Source: Dendrobates tinctorius (taxonomy: Eukaryota). From it: 64,000 nucleotides of DNA. The DNA lies in assembly GCF_039654945.1 (NCBI RefSeq), contig NW_027361676.1, positions 32,736,001-32,800,000 on the forward strand. The letters run 5' to 3'. The translations under genes and the position numbers were made by a program. Positions within the stretch are counted from its first letter, which is position 1. Every line of letters begins with the position of its first letter. The notes under the pieces were generated by a model, which saw only the letters and a list, made by a program, of their open reading frames with translations, was not told the DNA's origin and made no database searches. Shown in pieces: positions 13,506 through 25,052 of the stretch.

Positions 13506-13549
13506 TCCACATACAGCTGTTTCGGGGTATTGCCCCTCATCAGTCTGGA
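13506..13549 (-). ncRNA. Minimal type I hammerhead ribozyme (second copy, naf1 sense strand)
   Basis: Reverse complement UCCAGA-CUGAUGA-GGGGCAAUACCCC-GAAA-CAGCUG-UA-UGUGGA; one G-G mismatch in stem I. Confidence 0.88.
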
Positions 13550-13741
13550 GTAGGAAACTGGCTAGTAGGAGCAATGCCTAGTAAAAAGACTATGAGGGAT
13601 GGGGGCAGTGCTCTAGAATCACTGCGTTGAGAAACACGTGATGGTGTCTCCGCATTGTCGGATGTTGATCTCCATGAGTTCATTCATCCTCCTCTTCATA
13701 GTCTTTTTACTAGACATTGCTCCTACTAGCCAGTTTCCTAC

Positions 13742-13785
13742 TCCACACTGATGAGGGGCAATACCCCGAAACAGCTGTATGTGGA
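13742..13785 (+). ncRNA. Minimal type I hammerhead ribozyme
   Basis: UCCACA-CUGAUGA-GGGG caaua CCCC-GAAA-CAGCUG-UA^-UGUGGA: complete core, 6-bp stem I, 4-bp stem II, palindromic stem III; predicted cut after 13779. Confidence 0.92.
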
Positions 13786-14580
13786 TGGATACCATGTTTT
13801 GGCATAGGTGGTTTCCTTCATTGGAGACTGCCCTTCCCGTGGTTGTTCCTTCCTGGGCAAAGACCTGGCTGGTCATTCCTTGCGTTGAGAAACACGTGAT
13901 GGTGTCTCCGCGGCTTATATTTTGCATATAAACTCGTAATGACCTGGAGAATCATAATGGCAGGTCAGTTTTAGCATTTAGTGAACCTAAGAAAAAAGCC
14001 AAACAAGTGTGGGATTGCACTTTTTTTTTTGCAATTTCATAACCGTTTTCTGGTACACGACATGGCAAAATCAACAGTGTCATTCAAAAGTACAACTCAT
14101 CCTGCAAAAAAACAAGCCCTCACATGGCCATATTGACGGAAAAATTAAAAAAAAAAAAAAGTTATGGCTCTGGGAAGAAGGGGAGCGAAAACGAAAACAC
14201 CTCCGGGGTTAATATTTGGAAATACATGAACATCACAGCTTCTTTAGGACTTCTCAGAAATGCGTGTTGAAAGGCTGCAGTAGAGGCCAAGATTTTACAT
14301 TTTGTAATATTGACCAGACTTCGTGGAGCCGTACAGTGAATTTATCTAGTAATCCAGAGTTCACTCTGCAATATGCTGCTCGGTCAGGACAGAGTCAGGG
14401 CTTCCTCCCGAATAACTCGATTTAAACTTTCCCCTGATAAAGCAGACTACATTATTTTATCTGGCCAAAAAAACAGACCAGAAAGGGAGATGAAGTGAAG
14501 TGTAAAGTTTCATATTTTGTACTAGAGCCACAGAGACAGGGTCCCTATACAAGAACTGTGTTATTTGGCCCTCTACTTAA

Positions 14581-14818
14581 AGGGAATCTAATGACATAAA
14601 CCTCACAATCAACTGGAGCGTGACAAGGAGAAGCCATCTGGGAGCCATGCGGGACAAGTCATGTCTCATCTGATAATCCGGGGCCTTCTTTTCAACTTAA
14701 TATTTTCTCTGAAACGCAGCTGCTTTTAAGAGTTTACCATACTTTGCTGCAATTGTGCACCCAGTCTGATTTATGCAGCCAGTTATAAAAGGCAGCATGA
14801 GTCTAGTGACAGGTTCTC
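14581..14818. mobile_element. Decayed Kolobok/T2 MITE
   Basis: TTAA|AGGGAATCT left end; ...GTGACAGGTTCTCT|AA right end. Confidence 0.55.
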
Positions 14819-15019
14819 TAACATACATCACCACTACCCTGTTGTAGACACATCACAGATCAAACATTCGACAAACGCATCACGCAAACAAGACAGCGCA
14901 CGCAGACAGGCACGGGATAGGAATTGGTTACACATAAGATAAGCACAAGCACTGTCATCAATGCACAAGTCACGTTAATCACACTGATAAACACTTCCCA
15001 GATACAGTGCTCACCTTCA

Positions 15020-15978
15020 GGCTGTGTGCCCACGTTGCGTTTTTTTAAGCGCTTTTACCGTGATTTTCGGCATGAAAACGCTGAGAAAACTCATACTGAA
15101 CGCACCCCATGCATTCCTATGGCATTCCGCACATGCTGTGCTAATGGTGTGTTTTTTTCCACGGCGGAATCACATCGCGGAAAAAAAGCAGCATGCTCAT
15201 TCTTTTTGTGGAATCGCCGCGATTCTGCAAAGAATTGCTGCGATTCCGCACCCAGAGGAATGCACGAGATCCGCTTACTTCCCACATGTGGCTATGCCCA
15301 CCATGCGCAAAGTGAGCAGCTCATGTGCGGATAGTACCCAAGGGCTGGAGGAGAGGAGACTGTCCTCCAGGCCCTGGGTACCATATCCCTGTAAAAAATA
15401 AATAAATAAATAAATAAAAAATGGTGTTAGATTCACCTTCCGGCGTCCCACACAGCCTTCCCGGACCTCAGCGATGCTCACGTTCCCAGTAATGCCTTGC
15501 GAGTCCTTTGATGATGTCACGGTCCCGCGATACTGTAGCGGTCACTATTCCTCGCGAGACCGCTACAGTAAAGCGAGACCACATGTTGGTCTCGCAAGGC
15601 ATTACTGGGATCGGGAGCATCGCTGAGGCCCGGGAAGACTGCGCGGGACGTAGGAAGGTGAGAATATCACGATTTTTTATATTTTTTAGTATTTTTAACA
15701 TTCTATCTTTTACTATTGATGGCGTATAGGCGGCCTCAATAGTAAAAAGTTGGTCACACTTGTCAAACACTATGTTTGACGAGTGTGACCAACCTGTCAA
15801 TCACATTCCAAGCGATGCTTCAAATCGCTTGGAAAGTGCTTGAATTCCGCACGTGAAAAATCGCAGGAAAAACACGATAATAACCGTGAAAAAAATCACG
15901 CAAAAATTGCGCGGAAGACGCGCTTTTCCTGGGAAGGAGTCCGGTTTCAGGTTTTAAACGCTACGTGGGCACACAGCC
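15020..15978. mobile_element. Harbinger-type MITE (~960 bp)
   Basis: GGCTGTGTGCCCACG / CGTGGGCACACAGCC TIRs; TCA TSD; an inverted family member lies at 50101-50994. Confidence 0.9.
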
Positions 15979-16478
15979 TCAACAAGATCAACCTTTACAA
16001 ATTCAAGGCTCCGTCTCCCATGATTAAGCCCCACACATCAATGTCATTAAACACACGAGAATGGCCAGGAACGTACCAGGTCTATAAGTTGTTGCATGCC
16101 TTGGACAGAGAGCCCAGGTATTCCTTATCGAAATGTAGTTTGGATGGCTCCCCCATCCTATCCGTGCGCTATCGGCTCAATATACACACCTGTTTTGTAC
16201 GTCTTATCTTGCTAAACTTAATGAAGCACTCCCATGAACTTTTTTCCCCCTAAATCTATGTATACACTGTAGCGGTCAGTGTATTAATATAATCACATAT
16301 TGCAAAATTGTTACCCTCTTAATATGTTGCAATCATATTATATTGCACTGTGTACTTACAATTGGTCATTTTGCCTTTCTACCCAGATACACCAAGGTTA
16401 CTAACCGGAAGCCGATTTTTCCAGAAACCATGACAGCACACCTGAGAGACGGATCCGCCCAGCCACGACAGGAAACCT

Positions 16479-16624
16479 ATTATTTATATAGCGCCATTAA
16501 TTCCATGGTGTTGTACATGAAAAGGGGTTACATACAAAGTAATAGATATCGTTTACAGCAAACAAACTTACAATGACAGACTGGTACAGAGGGGAAAGGA
16601 CCCTGTCCTTGTGGACTTACATTC
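16479..16624 (-). mobile_element. Short L2 3'-end fragment inserted in the DIRS terminus
   Basis: Same tail as 22970-23070; flanked by ACCTA direct repeat. Confidence 0.75.
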
Positions 16625-16982
16625 TACCTAGTGAAATAAAAGGCTCTCCCAAGCTTCAGGTTGGGTTACAGAGCATGAGAGGACCTCAGGGTAACCTACA
16701 CAGATAACCAACACGACATTATATAAACAAAAAGACACCCAAACTATAGTGCACACCCAAAAGGTGATAAGGAGGAAATATACTGGTGCTGTCTCAGGTT
16801 CCGGCAAAACTAGCTACCGGTAAGTAACCTTGGTGTTTTCCCTTCACCCATGACAGCACACCTGAAAGATTTTTGGAGAAATTAAACACCTTAAAGGAGG
16901 GATCACCGCTTGCAGCACTCTTCTACTAAAGGTCAAGTCAGCAAAGGATGACAGCTACAGTCTGTAGTGCTTAAAGAATGTA

Positions 16983-17447
16983 CAGGTGCATCTCATAAAA
17001 TTAGATCATCTTCAAAAAGTTAATTTACTTCAGTTCTTCAAAACAAAAAGTGAAACTCAGTCATTACAAACAGAGTGATGTATTTCAAGTGTTTATTTCC
17101 GTTTATGCTGATGATTATGGCTTGCAGCCAATAAAAACCTGGAAGTCATTATCTCAGTAAATTAGAATACTTTACAATACCAACTTGAAAAAATATGATT
17201 TTAAAATCCCAAATGTTGGCCTATGAAGTATGTTCAGTAAATGCACTGAATACTTGGTCGGGGCTCCTTTGGCATCAATTACAACATCAATGTGGCATGG
17301 CATGGCGGCAGTCTGTGGCATCATCAACATTAACAGAAAGCATCACTCTGTTTGTAATGACGCTAATATACGAGCTTCACTTTTTGCATTGAAGAACTAA
17401 AATAAATTAACTTTTTGACGATATTCTAATTTTGTGAGGTGCACCTG
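16983..17447. mobile_element. Tc1-derived MITE interrupting the DIRS recombinase
   Basis: TA|CAGGTGCATCTCA ... TGAGGTGCACCTG|TA. Confidence 0.9.
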
Positions 17448-19223
17448 TAGTTGGTGAGGACAAGGTAGCAACCTTACAGATCTGATTAGTTGATACCTCT
17501 GACTTTTCTGCCCAGGAGGTAGCCACAGCTCTGGTGAGGCGAGCCTTGATGCCTTCAGGAACCGGAGAATGACTCGCAGAGTAAGACAAACTAATTGCCT
17601 CCCTGATCCATCTGGCAATGGTACTCTTAGACACTCCATGCCCCTTTCTGCTACCTTGGAAGGCTATGAATAGGGATTGGTCGTTTCTGCACTGACTGGT
17701 CATTGACATATATTCTAACATGGACCCTCTCACGTCTAAGGTATGGAATTTTCCTTACCCTTGATTTCTTGGGTTATTACAAATAGAGGGCAAAGTAATT
17801 TCCTGACACCTATGGAATTTAAGAACCACCTTGGGGAGATATGTCGGGTCAGGCCTCAGAACAATTCTGTCAGCATACAACTGTGTGTAGGGGGGCATAT
17901 AGACAGGTCTTGTATGTCGCTCACTATGCGGGCTGATGTTAGGGCCACTAGCAACACTGTCTTAAGCATGAGAAATTTTGCAGACAAATCCAGTAAGGAC
18001 TCAAATGGGTCCCTAGTTAGCGCCTCTAAAATTGGGTCCAGGTCCCATGGAGGAAATATTGGAACTATAACTTCCAATACTACAGGATTTTATAACTCAA
18101 GACACCCATCTATTTGCTGCTAGGTTGCAATCATACAAGGCACCCATGGCTGACACCTGCGCCTTGAGTATTAGTTGATAACTCTAGTTGCAACCCTGAC
18201 TGCAGAAATTCTAGAATGGCCCCTACCGGGGCTTTATCCCCTAAGAGCTGCCCTAAAACTCCAGGAATCTTTTCTATGTTCTACCATAGATCCTTGATGT
18301 AATTGGTTTCCTACTTTTCAACAGAGTGGAGACTAGCCCTGGTTGGAACCCCTGCAGACTCAGTAATGCCCTCAAATTCCATGATGCTAGATGGAAGCCC
18401 TTCACTTGAGAGTGGCACACCGGTTCCTGGGTAAGAAGGTCCGGGATCTCTGCTGGAATCCATGGGTCGGACACGGACATTAGCTTTAGAAGGGAGAACC
18501 AGTGTCTCTTCGACCAGAATGGAACAATGAGACTTACACTCGATTGATCCTCCCTGATCTTACTCACGACTGCTGGAATCATCACTATTGGCGGAAATTC
18601 ATAGGCCATCCTAAACTTTCAAGGAATCTGAAGGGTATCCACTGTGAATGGATTCTCCTTTGGGTTTAACGAACCAAAGTCCCTCACTTTCGTGTTGGGT
18701 AAACTGGCAAACAGATTTATCTCCGGCCACCCCCCATGCCCGCACAATCTGCTGGAAAATTTTGGAATTTAGAGACCATTCTCCCTGTCTCAATTTCTTG
18801 CTGACTCAGGAAGTCTGCTCTTGCGTTGTCTATTCCCCTTATGTGAAGTGTCGTAAGGGACAGTAGGTGTTACTCTGCTAGCTGAAGTAGGATGTTTGCT
18901 GCCAAGATAAGGGTATAGGACCTCGTCCCCCCCTGGTGGTTAATATAAGCCACGACTGCGCGATTGTCCGACATGACTCGGTCATTGCAAACCTGGAGGA
19001 AGGGGAGAAAGTTTCTCAAGGCTCTTTCAAGTTTGAACCCTGATCCATTTCTAGAGACCAGGTCCCCTGCACGGGGTAAAACCTCAAATGTGCCCCCCAT
19101 CTGGTATTGCTCGCAACTGTTGTAATAATGTCCTCTATTCGCCTTAACCACTGGACCCAACGACAAATGCTTTCTTACTGTACACCAAGACAGGGAGTCC
19201 CTTTATTGCCAAAGAAAGATGTA

Positions 19224-19944
19224 CCATATTTTTTGGACTACAAGGCGCACTTTTTTCCCCCTCTTATAGTCTGGATGTATCGGCTCTTGCTGTGGTGGGG
19301 GAGTGGCATCGGCGGAACATCAGGTCACTGAAGCAGGAGCCAGCTGCTGTGGCTAACTCTTGTGCCACTGCAAAAAAATAAATATTCACTGCATTCCACG
19401 CCCATGGGCGTGGAGGGCATTGAATATTGATTTCTCGTTAGCATCCTGGTATGATTGGCCCCCCCCATCCCTGTCCAGGTATGCATGGTCCCATCAGAAA
19501 ACATTAAAAAAAAAACAAATCATTACACTTACCTTTTCGGTGCTCCCTCAGTGTCCTGCTCCATTGACAGCATCTGCTTCATGCTTGTACGTAGTGCATG
19601 GCAGGGACGTCATGCGCTGCTTGAAAGCAAAAGGACACCAGCCGCTACTTAAGAGAAATTAATATTCACCTCTCGCCATGGGCGAGGAGAGAGGTGAATA
19701 TTCATGATCATTCCTGCCAGGGTAGGGATGAGGGGGCCATGCCTACCAGGCTAGAGATGAGGGGGCCATGCATACCATTATGGGGATAAGGGGGCCATGC
19801 GTATCAGGATGGGGATGAGGGGACCATATTTACCAGGATACGGTGTATTAAGTACAGAATTTGCCACATTTTTTGCTTCAATTTTTTTTTCTCCTAATTT
19901 CCTCCTCTAAAACCTAAGTGCATCTTATAATCCAAAAAATACGG
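19224..19944. mobile_element. Tc1/mariner (pogo-like) MITE inside the DIRS
   Basis: TA|CCATATTTTTTGGACTACAAG ... CTTATAATCCAAAAAATACGG|TA; miniature relatives at ~39465-39550 and ~52355-52449. Confidence 0.85.
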
Positions 19945-20084
19945 TAACTTTCCCTCTAAATGCCCTTTTAACCACCTCTGTGCAGACAGGACCTTGTACT
20001 GTAGTTGCCTCAGATGAAATTGGGCCCATCTTACTGATGGTATACAAGATGTTAGGTATTCTAGCAAGGACATGGCTTTTCTTA

Positions 20085-20412
20085 GGCTGTGAGCACACGC
20101 TGCGGATTAGGTGCGGATTCATCCGCGCAGATTTTGTAAAATCCGCAGGTGAAACCGCAGGTCAAAAGACCTGCGGTTTTACCTGCGGTTTTTCATCTCC
20201 TCAATGGAGGAGATGGCAAACCGCAGCGGAATCCGCAGAAAGAATTGACATGTCAATTCTTTCTGCGGATTGAAAACCGCAGATAATCCGCGCGGAAAAT
20301 TCCGCACCGTCTGCATTGTGGTTTTTCATTCCCATAGGGAATCATGGTACTGTACAACTCAGCAAAAACTGCTGCGGAACCACAGCAAAATCCGCAGCGT
20401 GTGCACACAGCC
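20085..20412. mobile_element. Harbinger-type MITE inside the DIRS RT
   Basis: GGCTGTGAGCACACGCTGCGG / CCGCAGCGTGTGCACACAGCC; TTA TSD. Confidence 0.92.
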
Positions 20413-22199
20413 TTAGTGTCATTAATGGATGATATATTGCTGATAGCGCCAGGCCCATTATTTTGACTACTTTGTCCTCTGGTAGAAGACAGATCTGGCG
20501 CTTGGAGTTCAAAACCAACCCCAGGAAGGATTGTATCATTTACAGTTTTAGCCTTGATTTGAGGGTATGTACCATTCAGTCCAGTTCCTCCAAGACCACC
20601 ATCAACTCCCTTGCCTGCTCGGCACAGTGATCTTCTGACCTTCCGACTAAGTCGTCCAGGTATAGGATGTCGGTGTTCCAAGAACGACGGTAGGCCATCA
20701 CCTCCGATATTACCTTGTTAAATACTCTCAGAGCAATTGACAGTCCGAATGGAAGGGCTGTATAGTGGTAATGTCTGACCCGTCCCTGGAAATACAGAGC
20801 TACCCACGGGAATTTCTGATAGTCACGATGGATTGGGATGTGATAATAGGCATCCTTTAAGTCGATGACCGCCATGAAACTGGAATAACAGCTTTATAGC
20901 TGTGTTCACTGACTCCATCTTGAAGGCATAATTCACAATCCATTGGTTGAGCTTCCTCAGGTTGATGATAGTCCTTAGTGAACCATCTGGCTTCTTTATC
21001 AAAAAGAGAGGGGAAATAAAATCCCCTTCCTATTTCCTCTACCGGGAGTTCGCCCAGAACTCACTTTTGTAAGAGTCCCAACATCTCCGATTCCAGGGCC
21101 AGCTGTTCTGGTGACATCCTGTGGGGTGTTAATATAAAGGTCTGTGACTGGGGGAGATATTCATCCAGGCAGGGAGAAAGAGAGAGAGTGACCTGATGTC
21201 ATTGGGAGGGCTTTTTTTGAAGATGTAGAGGGCCCTCTGAACATATATCTGGACCCCTTTCTATCCTTGAAGTCCCAGCTCTTCCTTCCCCCTGGAGGAC
21301 GTCCCCTATTTAACTTCCTCTTCCAAAAAGAAGGCTTCCTAGCTTCCACCGTGACACTAGGGAATCCCTTCTCGTCACTTAGTTTCTCCAAAATGTCTTC
21401 TAGCTTTTGCCCGAAAAGAAACTGGCCATCACATGGGATGGAGCAGAGTATTTTTTTAAGGCAGGTCTCCCGGACACTTTCAGCCATAAGGCCCATCTAG
21501 CTGCATTGGATAGGCTTGCCGATCTAGCCACTAACCTCACTGAGTCTGCTGAGGAGTCTGCTAGAAAGGCTGCTGCTCCCTGCCACAGTCACATTGTACA
21601 AGATCTCATCTCTCGGAACCTTACTCCTAAGTTGCTTCTCCATCTGTTGCAGCCAGACCATCAGAGAGCAGGCAGTACAAGTCACAGCTATTGCTGGCTT
21701 CAGACCCCCTGCAGCCGTCATCCAGGTGTGCCTCAGGAACCTATCAGCTTTCTTATCAAACAGGTCTCTTAGGGTACCGTTTAAAGATGCACCAGTCATC
21801 CCGACAAAGATACGACCTTGTCAGGATCACTGGCGCATCGCTACATGATCGCTGGTGAGCTGCCAAACAGGCAGCTTCACCAGCAATCAGCACCAGCGAG
21901 GACACTGGTATCTAAGGTAAATATCAGGTTACTAAGTAGCGCGCCAGGAGCTGCAACCACGCAGGTTTCTAAGGTACACATCGGGTAACTAAGTGACGCG
22001 CGCTGCTTAGTAACCCGATATTTACCTTAGATACCAGCTCCCAGCGCCTGCTTAGAGCCTCGCTGATCGTTGGCTCCCGCTGCCACACGCTGATACCAGT
22101 CACACACAGCAATCTCGCTGGCGAGATCGCTGTGGCATCACAAAATCATCAGCGAACTCGCTAGCGAGATCACTGTGTGTGACGGGGCCTTTAGTGTGC

Positions 22200-22965
22200 A
22201 GGAATCCTCAAAACACATGGACAACTTTTTAGAGATAGTAGATTGATGATTGAGGACGGGGCGGATTCTGGAAATATTTTTGGGCTGGAGGCGACAGGAG
22301 GTGGAAAGAGCTTGGATGTGCAGTTTTAAGGACAGGGCAGAGTCAAGGGTTACTCCGAGGCAGCAGACTTCCGATACGGGGGAAAGTGTGATATTGTTAA
22401 CTGTGATTGATAGGTCAGGTAAAGAAGATCTATGAGATGGAGTTAAGATGAGTAAAGATTTGTCCACATTGAGTTTGAGGAAACGAGAGGAGGAGGAGGA
22501 TATGGCTGATAGATACTATGGGATTCTGGACAGCAGAGAGGTGACATCTGGGCCAAATAGGTAGATCTCAGTGTCGTCAGCATACAGGTGGTACTGGCAT
22601 CCATGGGACTTTATATACTTGGCCTGGGACAACTCAGATTGAAAAGAGTAGGGGTCCTAGAACAGAGCCTTGGAGGACTCCAGCAAATAGAGGGTGGGAT
22701 GAGAAAGTAGTGTGGGAGTGGGAGACGCTGAAGGTGCGGTTGGAAAGGTATGAGGAGATCCAGGATAGGGCGAAGTCCTTGATGCCAAAGGAGGAGAGGA
22801 TCTGTAATAGAAGGCAGTGGTCAACTGTGTCGAAAGCAGAGAACAGGTCTAGAAGGAGGAGTATAGAGTATTGTCCGTTAGCTTTGGCTGTAAGTAGGTC
22901 GTTTTTTGATCAAGGCTGTCTCAGTGGAGTGATGGGGGCAGAAACCAGATTGTAGATTGTCAAAG
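22200..22965 (-). mobile_element. L2 LINE RT fragment
   Basis: [39 protein letters not shown], with stops and frameshifts. Confidence 0.88.
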
Positions 22966-23071
22966 AGCACATTATTATTTATTTTTATATAGCGACATTA
23001 ATTCCATGGTGCTGTACATGAGAAGGGGTTACACACAAAGTAAGAGATACAGTTTACAGTAAACAAGCTTA

Positions 23072-23814
23072 AGGGTACTTCACACATAGCAAGATCGTTA
23101 GCGAGATCACTGAAACGTCACAGGTTTTGTGACGCAACAGCGACCTCGCCACGTGTGACACATAGCGGCGACCAGCCCCCCACTGCGATATCGCTGATCG
23201 TGATCGAATGTCCTTGTTGGTGTCCCGCTGGCCAGCATGCATAGCTGTGTTTGACGCCATAACAACGACGAGCGACCTCGTTGGCGACTCAAAACTCAGG
23301 GACGCAGGCATGATTTTGCTTGGTCTTTTCAATGCCCCCTCAACTCCGATTGGTAGTCTCAAATTAGGATCTTTCTAGCGTTTCCTTTTATAGGTCAGCT
23401 ATCAATTGTATGCAATCATAACATTTAACATGTACAGTTATAATAATCGCGTGTCCCCGTATCAGTGACTGTGGAGCCACGAATAAATAAGAGCACTAGC
23501 GACTCAAGACAGGGACGCTGAAGCAAACAGCGTAGTGATAGCGCAGAAGTGGCCACCAATCGGAGCAGAGGGACGTGGAAAAGGCAACGCTGAAGCATGC
23601 CTATCGAGGTCTGAGTCGTCAGAATAGCTGCTGTGTGACAAGATCCCAACGACCGCCGAGGTCGTTATACGGATCGCCGTATCGTTGCTGCGTCGTTGCG
23701 TAGATCTGCCTGTTTGACAGCTTACTAGTGACCATGTAGCGACATACCAGCGATCCTTACCAGGTCGTATCGTTGTCGGGAGCGCTGGAGCGTCGCTATG
23801 TGTAACGGCACCCT
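23072..23814. mobile_element. Harbinger-type MITE in the L2 tail (duplicate at ~27364-28385)
   Basis: AGGGTACTTCACACATAGC / GCTATGTGTAACGGCACCCT; inserted at TTA relative to the uninterrupted L2 tail at ~16561. Confidence 0.8.
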
Positions 23815-25052
23815 TCCAATGACAGACTAGTACAGAGGGGAAAGAACCCTGTCCTTGCGGACTAACACTACGGGATAATGGGGAAGAGGCAGAAGCTCAG
23901 GTGGTGGTGAGGCGGCAGAATGGGTATTGCAGGCTGTAAGTTTTCCTGAAGAGATGGGATTTCAGGTTCTGTCTGAAGGATCCAAAGGTGGTGGATAATC
24001 GGACATGTTGAGGCGTGGAATTCCAGAGGATAGGGGATATTCGGGAGAAATCTTGGAGGCGGTTGTGTGAGGAACTTATAAATGTGGAGGAGAGAAGTAG
24101 GTCTTGGGAGGATCGAAGATTACGTGAGGGAAGATAGTTGGAGTTTAGTTCAGAGATATAGGGAGGGGACAGGTTGTGGATGGCTTTGTAGGTCAGTGTT
24201 AGTAGTTTGAACTGGATTCATTGGGGAGTTGGGAGCCTGTGGAGGGATTTGCAGAGGGGAGAAACAGGAGCAGCGAGGAGAGGTGGATTAGTAGGGCAGC
24301 AGAGTTGAGGACAGACTGGAGCGGTGCAAGAGTTGGCGGGGAGGCCACAGAGGAGGGTGTTGCAGTAATCAAGACGCGAGATGATGAGGGCATGCACAAG
24401 AGTTTTAGTAGATTGAGGGCAGAGGAAGGGACGGATTCTGGAAATATTTTTGAGTTTGAGGCGACAGGAGGTGGCAAGAGTTTGGACGTGTGGTTTGAAG
24501 GACAGGGCAGAGTCGAGAGTTACTCCGAGACAGCGGATTTCAGATGCGGGAGAGAGCGTGATGCCATTTACCATAATAGATAAATCGGGTAGGGGAGATA
24601 CCCGAGATGGAGGAAAGATGAGGAATTCGGTTTTGTCTACATTGAGTTTTAGGAAGCGAGAGGTGAAGGAGAAGGATATGGCTGATAGACACTCCGGGAT
24701 TCTGGACAGCAGAGAGGTGACATAGATCTGAGTGTTGTCTGAAACAGGTCGAACTAGAAGCCATGGGACTTTAGGAGTTGTCCTAGGCCAAGAGTATAGA
24801 GTCATTAGTGATTTTGGTCAGGGCAGTTTCGGTGGAGTGGTGGTGGCAGAAGCCAGATTGAAGGTGGTCAAGGAAAGAGTTAGATGAGATGAGAGGTGGG
24901 AGGAAAAATGAGCATGGACATGCTGCTCAAGGAGTTTGGAAGCGAACGGGAACAGTGATATGGGGAGATAGCTGGGCATAGCAGTTGGGTCAAGGTTTGT
25001 TTTTTTTGAGGATGGGTGTGATGGTGGCATGTTTGAAGGCAGAGGGGAAGGT

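Larger units (their letters stand above)
13244..13926. mobile_element. Retrozyme-like (Penelope-mobilised) non-coding element: two inverted, circularly permuted copies of a 352-nt monomer
   Basis: Flanking 16-bp direct repeat TATAAACTCGTAATGA (13228-13243 and 13927-13942); one hammerhead motif per arm; no coding capacity. Confidence 0.85.
11753..14212. mobile_element. piggyBac-type non-autonomous element (decayed; contains a gap and two nested insertions)
   Basis: CCCCTTTCCGAC left end and GGGG|TTAA right end; body resembles the element starting at ~44340. Confidence 0.6.
16389..21800 (-). mobile_element. DIRS1-type tyrosine-recombinase retrotransposon, decayed and 5'-truncated
   Basis: Minus-strand order: gag-like (21161-21799), RT (IDLKDAYYHIPI, YLDD), RNase H (SDNRAVVAYINHQGGTRS), methylase-like (YEFPP), YR (TRAVATSWAE...FFKHY). 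Terminus 16390-16408 is complementary to internal 16816-16836 (ICR-like); CATGACAGCACACCTGA repeats at ~16429 and ~16849. Confidence 0.92.

Noticed and set aside
13364-13927. Paired 88- and 102-aa ORFs as a small protein of the retrozyme-like element
   Set aside because: Antisense to the ribozyme strand, no recognisable domain, and duplicated only because of the inversion.
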